Notes: generated by a model not told the origin, from the sequence alone. Shown: positions 40,258 through 50,577, numbered from the stretch's first letter. The stretch: DNA of 64,000 nt from Schmidtea polychroa (GCA_044892525.1 CM097885.1:10914001-10978000); one strand, 5' to 3'. Made by a program: numbers and translations.

Positions 40258-43200
40258 GTGCATATGTATTCAACCAAAGATATTGGGAGAATGACTCCCA
40301 ATACATCACCTGCAGACCCGGATGACTGGAAGACTTACTGCCCTGCTAGGAAAATCTATCATCTTTATAATAACGGTAATTATAATCAGAATTTATACAA
40401 TAATTTAAATAAATTAAATTTTAATAATAATAACTCAAACTTGAAATTAAATGATAATTTAAATAATATTCTATATAATCATTTAAATAAATTAAATTTT
40501 AATAATAATAAATCAAACTGAACCTAAATGATAATTTAAATAATAATTTATATAATAACAAAAATTTATATAACGACTTAAATAAATTAAATGCTAACAA
40601 TAACCTTAAAATCACAAATACTAATTACTCTAATAATAAATATTCTAATTATAATGATCATTTAAATTTCAATTCTAATTTATATTATTGTATTTCTCAA
40701 CATGATAAAAAACATATAGACAATTTTAATGCATTCTTTGATATTATTTATGAATTAATTATTTATAATTTAATAAATGAAAAAACTAATGAAACCAAAG
40801 CATCTAATTTAAAAAGAGATTTAATTAATTTAATTAATACTAATATTGATGCTATTTCAACAAAGAATTTTTCTTTGTTTAAATATCATCAATATATTAA
40901 CACTTTCTCTTTACGGCCGAATCGCTCCTCACAAATCTGTATCTTTCAATGACAATATTAATCATACTGAATACTTTACAGCCTCTCATAAAAACTCTAA
41001 TCCTGAATATCTCACTAACATTGGTGAAATTGGAACCAATTTTTTTAGAGAAGTTAAAAAACAATTTCTTCATCTTAACTCTGCAAACCCACAAATGCTT
41101 ACCTCCACCTATATCTCTTTCTTTAAGGACCTTAATAACAATTACCGCAAACTGATTAATATCCTTGAGCCGACCAATAGCGACAAACCACCCTTTGATC
41201 CTAAGCTTATACCCTGCCACAATAATAAGCAATTCATTAATAACTATAATACCATCCTAATAAACCTTAATAAATACCTTTTTAAAGATATTCATATTCA
41301 ATTAAAAAATAACCATAAAAATGTAAACTCTTTTATTATTAGAAATCTTTTTTATATACTTTATATTAATTATCGACAATTGACCTCGGTATTATTTGAG
41401 AGGGCGATTCCCGCAGATGATGTAGGAATAGAAAACTCACCTACAACTGACGTAAATACTCCTGATTCATGTGAAACCAATAATATTAATGCTGAAAGAT
41501 CTACATCACCTGCAGGCATTGCACTCTCTGATTTTTTGCCCACTCTCCCAGAGAAAATAATATCAGCTCTAACTAATATCAGTAATATGGCTAATAATAT
41601 ATATGCCGCTCTTATAGACACTATGAACCCTGACTATCCCACAAATAAATCCCTAGTATCAAAGAAAAATAATAACAGCTCAAACCACCCCAGCAAACCT
41701 TACACCAACCCTAACCATCTATACTTTAATCAAAGTACCTCACGTAGACCACACTTCTCTAAGCCTATTCCAAACCCAACTGACCCTAAAAATATCCACC
41801 CCAATAAAAAATTAATTAAAAAAGTCAAGAGATCTTCTCATTATAATAAACTAATTAATTACTCCTCTCCTACCTCCCCGGATGACACCTCTTCTAACTC
41901 TTATTCGTCGGGAGAAACCTCCAACCCTGAAACCTTTCCATCCTCTTCGAACTACTCAGCAACCAGCATTGACATGTCCCACTATAGTTGCTATTTTGAC
42001 GATACTATTGACTCCCCTTTATCAGAATGTGAGAATAATATTAATAAATCTTACAAACCTGAGGAATACCAAAGTGATCTTTTTAACTCGGACTGTGACG
42101 ACGTCTTAATTTCCAGCAGTGACTCTGATCAATGCTATACTAATGAACCTCCTACTTCAAATGTCCCTCTCTTGGCTCCTCCTACTATCAAGCTCTTACC
42201 TCCTTCGCCTGATAAATCTAACCTACATAATAATACCCTACCTACTGATTCAATTGAAGAATCAAAAATATATCCCTCAACTAGACCTTCACCACTAGAC
42301 GACTCTGCAACCATACCCCTTGTTAGGCAAGATAGGAATACTAACAACATCTCTTCCTCTGAAAACATTAACCGTGATAGATCTTCTCTTATTCCTAAAA
42401 GACTTATAAGTAGTGAGGAATCTATGCACCCCAGCACCCCCACCCTCAAAAAAACAGCGCTATTGACCCATATTTTCCACATTTATATGCTTTTTTACCC
42501 CATATTCTTCACTTTTTTTAACTTTTAAACTTTGTCCCCTATTGCCATTAACCCTTAATTTCTTCCCTTAAAAGTAAAAAAGTTCGGAATAGATGTATTT
42601 ATAGATTAGTAATTCCGAGAAAAGGTAACGGGGTGCATAGATTCCTCACTACTTGGTCTTAAGGATTTAATGTTATAAGGATTTAATGTTATAAGAATAT
42701 CAGATTACCTAATTCATAATGATCTAGGTCGCCTGATCACCTTAAGGTTTTGAAAGTTTTAAAAATAAAAAATGTTATGAAATAGTAAAACTGCTCTGAG
42801 AGGACAGTGGTTTTTTTTTTTTTTTTTCACTGTCCTCTCAACAGTTTTTTTTTTGATCCGGATCATTTTTTTTTATTCAACCTCTTTCGTTTATCAAATC
42901 TCTTCCAATATACAAGCTGGCCAGACTCATACATCAGAATCAATTCGATAATAGCAGCACACCTTATTATTCGCTTCTCGCTCGAATACGATTTCATCGG
43001 CGTTTTAAGTGTGCTGCTCGAAAGTACAAATGAATTCGAAAGCGAATCCGAAAGAGGTCCGAAAACAACTGAGAAATAAATGTGCACATTACCGGAATCG
43101 ATCCGGGGGTGTTCGAAAGACAGGTGGCGATAATTACCGGTTCGCCACCATCACCCGTTTCAATATTTTTTTTTTCATATTTATGTTTAAAAAATAATTA

Positions 43201-43354
43201 ATTAATAAAAAAATAAAATAAAATAAAATAAATAAAATAAAATATACAAGTACTTTATAAATATAAGATACCCACACTATTTTCAATATTATTTTCAAAT
43301 TTTTAATATTATTTTATGTTGAAAAAAAACTAACCTCAGATGTGATTTGAACCA

Positions 43355-43651
43355 CTATCCATTTGAACCACTGTGCCAGTCTATTCCCACTGCGCCATCA
43401 AGGTTTGAATTTTTGTCATTTTTTAGACTATAAATAATCGATTCAAGTTCTTTAACTCTTTCCTGTAATTGTTTCATTTTCTTCAATCTTATATCAGCAA
43501 CATCTACAACCTTCATATAAAAATGTCGATACTTTTCATTATCTACCATCAACTCTTTGATGTATTCTAATGGTTCTTCTTCTCTTCTTTTCATTCTCTT
43601 ATGTTTAACTTCATTCAATTCATTTCTCATTCTTTCTTTTAACTCATCCAT
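43355..43651 (-). CDS. Small coiled-coil hypothetical protein (element A)
   Basis: 98-aa ATG ORF with AAAAATG context, E/K-rich heptads. Confidence 0.55.
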   Translation of the reverse strand: MDELKERMRNELNEVKHKRMKRREEEPLEYIKELMVDNEKYRHFYMKVVDVADIRLKKMKQLQERVKELESIIYSLKNDKNSNLDGAVGIDWHSGSNG

Positions 43652-43816
43652 TTTTATAAATATTTTTTTTATTGGATATATTAATTTTTGGTAGTTAAAA
43701 CGTTTTTGATCTTAAATTTCCAAGAGTTGCCGTTGACCAATCTCCTTAAAAATTTGTACAAGTACTAAATCGAGTATGCTGATCAATATTTCGTTAAAAA
43801 AAATTTTGAAAAAAAA

Positions 43817-43889
43817 TGACCGAAATGGGATTTGAACCCATTGGTATTGGCAATGCAGTCGAGTGCTATTACCACTAAGCTATTAGAGC
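43817..43889 (-). ncRNA. tRNA-like Pol III gene, copy 1 (tRNA-Cys-like, anticodon arm unpaired)
   Basis: 73 nt; A box TAGCTTAGTGG; perfect T arm ATGGG-TTCAAAT-CCCAT; CT-GCA at the anticodon position; followed directly by T8. Confidence 0.65.
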
Positions 43890-44057
43890 TATACTCAATA
43901 TAAAATAAGTTGTTAATGTGTGACTATTTATTGATGAAATTAATAATTAATTATTCATTTTCTCGACAACTACCACTCAGATCCATCTGAAAATTTAAAT
44001 ATATACTAAAATCAGTACGCTGAATCAGATTCCGTTGAAAAAAATATTGATAAAAAT

Positions 44058-44131
44058 TGACCAAAATCGAAAATTGAACCCGGTACTCCCGGTGATAAAA
44101 TTGAAGCCTATTCCCACTCCGCTATAATGGC
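44058..44131 (-). ncRNA. tRNA-like Pol III gene, copy 2 (diverged tandem duplicate)
   Basis: 74 nt; A box TAGCGGAGTGG; B-box-like GGTTCAATT; ends GGTCA then ATTTTT; flanks are homologous to copy 1 (~240-bp unit). Confidence 0.5.
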
Positions 44132-44187
44132 TTACATAATATATTTAATTAATCCTACTTTGTGTGTGTAAATTTTAATATATAAAA

Positions 44188-45480
44188 ATGAATAACATAA
44201 ATCTTAAAATTCAAGAAAAAAATAAATTAAATCTTGATTATAATAAAGAATTTACTCATGAAATTAAAAAAAATGATGTACTTAAAATCTCCCCAACTTC
44301 AGGATCTATTGCAAACTTAAATCGTAGGGGTGATATAGTTTTTCAATCTCTTCAAACATCAAACCCTATAGATATTTGTAATGCCAAATTATATTATAAA
44401 ATCGAATTAGAAATTGAAGCAAACAAAGATATAACCCTAGAAAATAATTTCTTTCCAAATTTATTCTCCAACATGAGATTAAAACTAGGATCATCAGAAA
44501 TTGAAACTGTTTTGCATCCGGGAGTATATTCTACAATGTTAAATTTTATTTTGACTGGTTGTGATTATAAAAACGAATATGGTGAATTAACAGGTTGGAT
44601 TCCTGATGTTAATAAAGGGGATTTAGATAAAGATGGTTTAGATGTAAACCATGGTTACCATAAAAGAGCTGAACTTTATAAATCTAAAAAATTTGAAGGT
44701 TATTTTGAATTAAAACACTTGTTTGGATTCCTTCAAAACTATAATCGTATACTTCATAATGTTTTTATAGAATTCATCTGTAATAGAGTAGAAGATGATA
44801 AAAGATTGTTCTATGGAGCTGTAGATACAAAAGCTAAATTAAAATTATCAACACTTGAATTACATATACCTGAATGGACATTAAACCCACATTCTGAGAT
44901 TAAACTCCTTGAAAGATTAAATTCCAACAAGTCTATAAATGTAAATTATTTAAATAGAATCTGTAGTGAATTTAGTATGACAGAGAGTTCAACATATTCT
45001 ATAAAGGTAGCAAATTTAGCATACCGACCAAGATATATCTTGATTGGATTCAAAGAAGTAGATTCATCTTTCCAAAAAAATAACAACTTGTTTATTCAAA
45101 AGATTGGAGTTGATAATTTAAAAACAATCCAAATTCAATTAAATAGTTCTTATTATCCAATAAATAGAATGGAATTTAATATTGAAAATAATGAAAACAT
45201 ATTCCCATATCTAAATTATATTGAAACATGTTATGATTTCAAAGTTGAACCGCAATTAAGTTTAGAAGATTTCAAAAATTTATATTCTATATTTTGTATA
45301 AATGTTTCAGACCAAGATGATCGCCTAGCCATAAATAATGTTGATGTTACACTTCATGTAACAAAGGATTCTAATTTTAAAGCTAAAGTATATACATTAA
45401 TATTAGAAGAAAAGAAAATAGAGATGAAATTATGTGGTGGAAAGATTTCAATTATTGAAAATGTTAGGGGAGATTCTTGA
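44188..45480 (+). CDS. Major capsid protein (double jelly-roll, hexon-like) of element A
   Basis: 430 aa; NLNRRGDIVF, LENNFFPNLFSNMRLKLGSSEIE, RPRYILIGF, LNSSYYP, IFCINVS resemble Polinton MCP; context. Confidence 0.8.
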   Translation: MNNINLKIQEKNKLNLDYNKEFTHEIKKNDVLKISPTSGSIANLNRRGDIVFQSLQTSNPIDICNAKLYYKIELEIEANKDITLENNFFPNLFSNMRLKLGSSEIETVLHPGVYSTMLNFILTGCDYKNEYGELTGWIPDVNKGDLDKDGLDVNHGYHKRAELYKSKKFEGYFELKHLFGFLQNYNRILHNVFIEFICNRVEDDKRLFYGAVDTKAKLKLSTLELHIPEWTLNPHSEIKLLERLNSNKSINVNYLNRICSEFSMTESSTYSIKVANLAYRPRYILIGFKEVDSSFQKNNNLFIQKIGVDNLKTIQIQLNSSYYPINRMEFNIENNENIFPYLNYIETCYDFKVEPQLSLEDFKNLYSIFCINVSDQDDRLAINNVDVTLHVTKDSNFKAKVYTLILEEKKIEMKLCGGKISIIENVRGDS

Positions 45481-45509
45481 TATAATCCCTGATATTTTAA
45501 CATTTTAAA

Positions 45510-46922
45510 ATGTCTCTAAATAAATATTGGAGATGTGAAAGTTGTAATTGTCAAGTTACAAGACATCATAAAGCAAGTCATTTAAAAACTAAAAAACATA
45601 CAGGAGGTGATCTAATTACACGAGCTGGAGGTGATTTGCAATCTTCAAAAACAACATCTTCAATATTAAAACCTTTTACTAAAGAAAAATATCCAGGTGA
45701 AAGACATTTATTTAAACACAACTATACTGGACCAGGAACACGTCTAGATATTAGATTAGATGAAAATAATAATCCCAAACCTGGAGAAGAACCAATAAAT
45801 AGAATTGATCAAGCAGCTTTAAAACATGACATTGCATACAATTCAACAAATCTTAGAGATAGACATGTTGCAGATGTGAATTTAATACATGATTTAAATA
45901 GTATCCAAAATCCATCAACCCAAGAAAAGATTCAAAGAGCTCTAGTTAAATTAGCAATGAAAGGTAAGATTTTCATAGGCTTAGGACACAGTCCGATCAC
46001 CATGGGTGCAAGACTTCCTAGGAAAGCAAAAGATGTTGCTTATAAAAAGATTATTGAACAAGCAGAGATTGAAAGATCCCTCGAGAGTACAGCCAAGACT
46101 AGTTTACAAACCCCAACAGAATCAGAAATAAAATATGCCAACGAATTACACCATGAATTTAGAAAAAATAAAAAATATTTAAAAGTTCAAGTACATGAAA
46201 AAGATCAAACATGGTCTGCTGATTTAGTCTTTATGCCAACCAAATCATCAGACCCTGAAAAATATAAAATAATTTTAACTGTAATAGATTTATATACAAG
46301 ATTTGCTTTTGCAAGATGTTTAGAAAATAAAACAGGATATTCTATTACAGAAGCATTTGAAAATATATTTGAAGAAAATCAAAGAATCCCAAAATATTTA
46401 TGGTGTGATAAAGGAACAGAATTTTATAACAAAGTTTTTACAAAGTTTTTAAATGAAAATGATATTAAATTATATTCAACAGAAAACGAAGGAAAAGCAG
46501 TCGTAGTTGAAAGATTAAATAGAACATTAAAAAATAAAATGTGGAAATATTTTACTGCTATTGGAAAACAAAAATGGAACAATGAATTGTTACAAAAGAT
46601 TGTAAATGAATATAATAATGATGTACATAGTTCTATAAAATTAACACCTTTAAATGCTTCCATGAAGCCTGAAACCATTAAAGTGGTAAATATTGAAAAT
46701 GATGTTATTGAAAAACCAAAGTTTAAAATTGGTGACCGAGTAAGAATATTTAAATATAAAAATAAATTTGAAAAAGGATTCACAGCAAAATGGACAAATG
46801 AAATTTTTATTATAAATAAAATACATTATACAACTCCAATAACATATAGCATCTTTGATTTAAATAATGAAAAAATATTAGGTAGATTTTATAATAATGA
46901 ACTACAGAAAACAGATTTTTAA
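45510..46922 (+). CDS. Zinc finger-phospholipase A2 (parvoviral type)-retroviral-like integrase fusion
   Basis: CESC..HLKTKKH; HNYTGPGT..PINRIDQAALKHDIAY..RHVAD; integrase WSADL, IDLYTR, CDKGTEF, VERLNRTLK. Single uninterrupted ORF of 470 aa. Confidence 0.9.
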   Translation: MSLNKYWRCESCNCQVTRHHKASHLKTKKHTGGDLITRAGGDLQSSKTTSSILKPFTKEKYPGERHLFKHNYTGPGTRLDIRLDENNNPKPGEEPINRIDQAALKHDIAYNSTNLRDRHVADVNLIHDLNSIQNPSTQEKIQRALVKLAMKGKIFIGLGHSPITMGARLPRKAKDVAYKKIIEQAEIERSLESTAKTSLQTPTESEIKYANELHHEFRKNKKYLKVQVHEKDQTWSADLVFMPTKSSDPEKYKIILTVIDLYTRFAFARCLENKTGYSITEAFENIFEENQRIPKYLWCDKGTEFYNKVFTKFLNENDIKLYSTENEGKAVVVERLNRTLKNKMWKYFTAIGKQKWNNELLQKIVNEYNNDVHSSIKLTPLNASMKPETIKVVNIENDVIEKPKFKIGDRVRIFKYKNKFEKGFTAKWTNEIFIINKIHYTTPITYSIFDLNNEKILGRFYNNELQKTDF

Positions 46923-46933
46923 GTCGACAAGCC

Positions 46934-47740
46934 CTAAAACAAACTTTTCCATATTTCAGCTTCTTCTCTATCCAAATAAATATAATTATATTTTTCTTTC
47001 CAATGATTATCAACAAACATATCAAACATATTCTTATCAGGTTCAACATTTGAAAATAAATCATTATAAATCATATTCTTATCACGGCGATCTAATTTAA
47101 AAAATATAAAACAATTAGAATTATTTCTTATTGAATTTTTATCTAAAGCATAATATGTTTGAGATATATAAATAACATTACAATTATTATGTCGACCTCG
47201 TGTAAAGTAACTCTTTTGAATCTCTTGATTTTTCATATTAACAACATCATCAAATATAACTAGATTCTTTTTATCTTTAGGAAATAAATCACAATGTAAA
47301 ACATCTTCAGGTTTATTAGAGAATAAAACTTGAATTGCCTCCTGCCCTTCTTCACAAATATAATCATTTTTATTACTAATATCTGATTCTAAAATCTTTT
47401 CCTTATACCAATCAACCATGTCACAAGGTTGAAAAACTTCTTCAGGACACCTATGTTGATTTTTAAAAATATCAATTATTGCTTTTTTAGTTAATTTATT
47501 TTCAAATCCACATTTCAAAAGTTGTAATTCTGGTTGATTTATGGTTGTAGAATAAAAGATTAAATTATTATAATCTAAAAAATCATCTTCAAGTAACATT
47601 CTCAAAACAAGTACATTCTTTCCACATCCAGAAGAACCAACAATTAATAATCTAAAATTATCAGGAAATACTTTATTATTAAATTTACTCTTATGTCTAT
47701 TTAAAATTGGTTTCCAAATTATTGGACTTCGTACATCCAT
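46934..47740 (-). CDS. A32/FtsK-like genome packaging ATPase
   Basis: Walker A GSSGCGKN, Walker B LVIFDD, RGRHNN, YISQ. Start placed at MDVRSP to avoid overlap with the neighbouring gene. Confidence 0.9.
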   Translation of the reverse strand: MDVRSPIIWKPILNRHKSKFNNKVFPDNFRLLIVGSSGCGKNVLVLRMLLEDDFLDYNNLIFYSTTINQPELQLLKCGFENKLTKKAIIDIFKNQHRCPEEVFQPCDMVDWYKEKILESDISNKNDYICEEGQEAIQVLFSNKPEDVLHCDLFPKDKKNLVIFDDVVNMKNQEIQKSYFTRGRHNNCNVIYISQTYYALDKNSIRNNSNCFIFFKLDRRDKNMIYNDLFSNVEPDKNMFDMFVDNHWKEKYNYIYLDREEAEIWKSLF

Positions 47741-47755
47741 TTTGTTTATTATAAA

Positions 47756-48349
47756 ATGACCTCGAAGAGTTCCTCTACTGAAGAATCTTTGCAAGAATTA
47801 ATAAATTCAAATAAAAGTAAATCAGTAGTAATTGATGGTAAAAAATATTTTATTGGAAAACATGTAAAAGAACAAGTTAGAGCGAAGATCCACGAAGCTA
47901 AAGAAGGTGGCATTCTTCCATTAGCTGCTTTAATACCTGCAATCATTGCTGGTTTATCAGGTGCTGCTGGAATAGCTGGAGGAATTGCAACTACAGTTCA
48001 AAAAGCTAAAGAATCTCAAAAGACAGACCTAGAAAAAGAAAAACTACAAACTGAAATCGATTCAATGAAGAAGGTAGGGCAAGCTAAAGGGGGAGTGTCC
48101 GTTGGAAAGGGTCTCTATCTTAATCCATATGAGGGGAGTCGGCAAAAGTCTCGGGGCAAAGGTCTCTATCTTGATCCTTATAAAGGTAGAGGTTTAAATG
48201 ATTTTTTAAAAAATCAAATTTCTACATCTGAATCTTTATCTTCAAAAGATAAAGAAGATTTAAAAAAAATATGTAAATCTTTAAAGAATGGATGCCTTTG
48301 TAAAACTAAAAATGGTAAAGGATTATACTTGAAGCCCTTCGAACTATGA
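47756..48349 (+). CDS. Putative virion core/cement protein (adenovirus pX-like hydrophobic segment)
   Basis: GGILPLAALIPAIIAG resembles adenovirus pX GGILPLLIPLIAAAIG; three GKGLYLxP repeats. Confidence 0.6.
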   Translation: MTSKSSSTEESLQELINSNKSKSVVIDGKKYFIGKHVKEQVRAKIHEAKEGGILPLAALIPAIIAGLSGAAGIAGGIATTVQKAKESQKTDLEKEKLQTEIDSMKKVGQAKGGVSVGKGLYLNPYEGSRQKSRGKGLYLDPYKGRGLNDFLKNQISTSESLSSKDKEDLKKICKSLKNGCLCKTKNGKGLYLKPFEL

Positions 48350-48371
48350 TACCATTTTTGATACCATTAAA

Positions 48372-49253
48372 ATGGTATATGAAGAAAGATTAGCACTTTT
48401 AAAAAAATTACAATCAGAACAAGATAAATATAATAAAAAAGATACAACTCAACATGCTGAATCTATAATATTAAATGAGGTAATAACACAACAACAGGGG
48501 CCAACAATTAAAGCTATAAAAGAGTTGGAAGATTTCAATGAGCAAGCAAAATTTAAAGAGTTAGAAGATAAAAAACAAAAAATAAAAGAACTAGAGTGGC
48601 AGGATAAAGAAAAGGAATCCAGTGAAAACCATCCTGAAAGAAATCAAAGAAAACGCAGAAGAATTTCTAATGTGGAAGAAGAAGAAATGTTTTAAAAAAC
48701 AAAACCTCTTAAAGTTGATCCTAAAATTAGAGATGATTTACCTCCTTCAATTAGACCCACATTTAATACTAATACTGAAGGATATCAAATAATAACAATT
48801 AATAAACAAAACTTTACTTTATATTCAAATTCAGAAAATAAATCACGTATTCATTCACAAAATGTTTATAATAATGAATATTTAGACTTTGAATTTACAG
48901 ATGATTTTTATAGATTACTTTGTGGATATTCTTCAGATGATGTTGAAGAAATTAAAAAACATTTAAATTTAATAAGATTAATAAGAGCTAGTTCTAAAGC
49001 AAAATATATTCAAGATTTAAAGAATTATTTAAATAAAAATGAAAAGGGTTATGTTGTTACAGAGGGAGAGGGATTAATTAGTGAAGGTGGTAAACCAAAT
49101 CCCATCAATCTTTTTATTGAATTAAGAAAACTATTAGCTGCAAGGAAAGCAGGACATAATAATTTAGATTCTGATATTTTAAAGATTTCTAAAGATTTGT
49201 TAAAACAAGGAATAATTTCAAAAGATAAATTTAATAAGTATACGAAGTTATAA
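48372..49253 (+). pseudogene. Conserved Polinton ORF (C-terminal LxxLLAAxxAGHN..GII motif) with premature TAA at 48693-48695
   Basis: The frame stays open for ~185 codons after the stop and ends ELRKLLAARKAGHNNLDSDILKISKDLLKQGIIS. Confidence 0.7.
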
Positions 49254-49275
49254 ATACGAAGTTTTAAAATACAAA

Positions 49276-49740
49276 ATGACTCCTTCAATATTAGATTTTT
49301 TAAAAACATTTGGAATAAATGCAAAAACAAATTTTGATTTAAAAGATTATGCAAATTATTTAAATTTAAAAATTAAAATATTAATGAATGATGAATTATC
49401 AAGTCTGGAGAGACCCCTGAATATAATAATCAATTATCAAAATTCAAATGAAAAAGGATCTCATTGGGTTTCTATATATAAGAAATCTATCTACTTTGAT
49501 TCTTTTGGGATTAAACCTACTAAAGAAGTTGAAGATTATCTCTTGAGGGGTTCTCCGATTGATTCCCCAAATGGTTATACTTTTAACTCTTTACAAGTTC
49601 AACCTTTGAATACTAAAATATGTGGTATTTTAAGTTTATATGTTTTGTATAGATTGAATAAGGGAGAGGGAAAGGGGCATACGCAGGATTTTGAATCTAT
49701 AATTCAAGAAATTTATAATGATCTAGAATCTCTACTATAA
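49276..49740 (+). CDS. Adenain-like cysteine maturation protease
   Basis: GSHWV, YFDSFG, VQ.....CG catalytic His/Asp/Gln/Cys set. Confidence 0.9.
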   Translation: MTPSILDFLKTFGINAKTNFDLKDYANYLNLKIKILMNDELSSLERPLNIIINYQNSNEKGSHWVSIYKKSIYFDSFGIKPTKEVEDYLLRGSPIDSPNGYTFNSLQVQPLNTKICGILSLYVLYRLNKGEGKGHTQDFESIIQEIYNDLESLL

Positions 49741-49788
49741 GGATTTTTACTATAAGGATTTTTACTATATGAATTTACTACTAAAGAA

Positions 49789-50553
49789 ATGGAGCTTCAC
49801 AACCCTCCGGAAGATAATTTAAAAAAAATGGTAAACATAATGTCAGATAAATATTCAAGAACTTTATCTATAAATTCAAAAGAATCAGAGTTTACTATAA
49901 ACTTTCAAGATTCAATTAAATTAGATCAAGATTTAAATTATGAATTGGGGCTATTATGGTTTTGTGCTTATAATACTATTTTTAATATAACTAAAGATAA
50001 TAATAAATTTACTATTCAAACTCGTGATGGGCATAAACCAGAAATTATAACAATAGAACCTGGGGCATATGAGATAAAAGATTTAAATGATATACTTTCT
50101 AAAAAAACAAATGAAGGTATTAAAATTAAAATGGATATACCAACTTCAAAATGTGTAATGACTTTGAAGAATATAAAAATTAGTTTTTTAGATAATTGTT
50201 TCTTTCACACAGTTTTAGGATTTAAACCTATGGATATAACAATAAAAGAAGATAAAATAATAACATCAGAAAATATTATAAAAATAATAAATACAAACAC
50301 AATAAATATTCATTGTGATTGTATAACAGGTTCTTATAATAATGGTAAACAAACAAATGTTTTATATTCCTTTCCCTCAAACACAGTTCCTATGGGATAT
50401 AAAATAGTTGAAAGAATGAATCCTCCAAATTATTTACCTTTATGTAGAAAATATATAATGGATATTAATTTTAAAATTCTTAATCAAGAAGGAGAATTGA
50501 TTGATTTTAATGGAGAAGAGATTTCAATGTATTTACATTTGAAACAGGTTTGA
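49789..50553 (+). CDS. Minor capsid (penton-like, single jelly-roll) protein of element A
   Basis: YNTIFNI..NN, IEPGAYEI, INIHCDCITGSY.NG, LYSF, P.YLPL, IDFNGEEISMYLHLK. Confidence 0.8.
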   Translation: MELHNPPEDNLKKMVNIMSDKYSRTLSINSKESEFTINFQDSIKLDQDLNYELGLLWFCAYNTIFNITKDNNKFTIQTRDGHKPEIITIEPGAYEIKDLNDILSKKTNEGIKIKMDIPTSKCVMTLKNIKISFLDNCFFHTVLGFKPMDITIKEDKIITSENIIKIINTNTINIHCDCITGSYNNGKQTNVLYSFPSNTVPMGYKIVERMNPPNYLPLCRKYIMDINFKILNQEGELIDFNGEEISMYLHLKQV

Positions 50554-50577
50554 AGATTCATTTTAAATTATTAATAA

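Larger units (their letters stand above)
36983..42528 (+). pseudogene. Long Asn/Ser/Pro-rich ORF of unknown function, frameshifted and split by hATm
   Basis: ORF pieces 36983-37405, 40266-40521, ~40520-40950 and 40846-42528 abut after removing hATm and allowing single-base frameshifts. A repeated peptide motif (Y/S)xKxIGxxxP occurs on both sides of the insertion. Confidence 0.45.

Noticed and set aside
42807..43197. Small overlapping ORFs near element A's left end
   Set aside because: No motifs, homopolymer-derived residues; more likely terminal non-coding sequence.
43817..43889. Functional tRNA-Cys
   Set aside because: The anticodon stem does not pair and the acceptor stem has mismatches; kept only as a tRNA-like ncRNA candidate.
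46424..47100. Short ORFs overlapping Polinton genes (also 56041-56651, 58909-59121 and 62735-63172)
   Set aside because: Antisense or alternate-frame shadows of well-supported genes.
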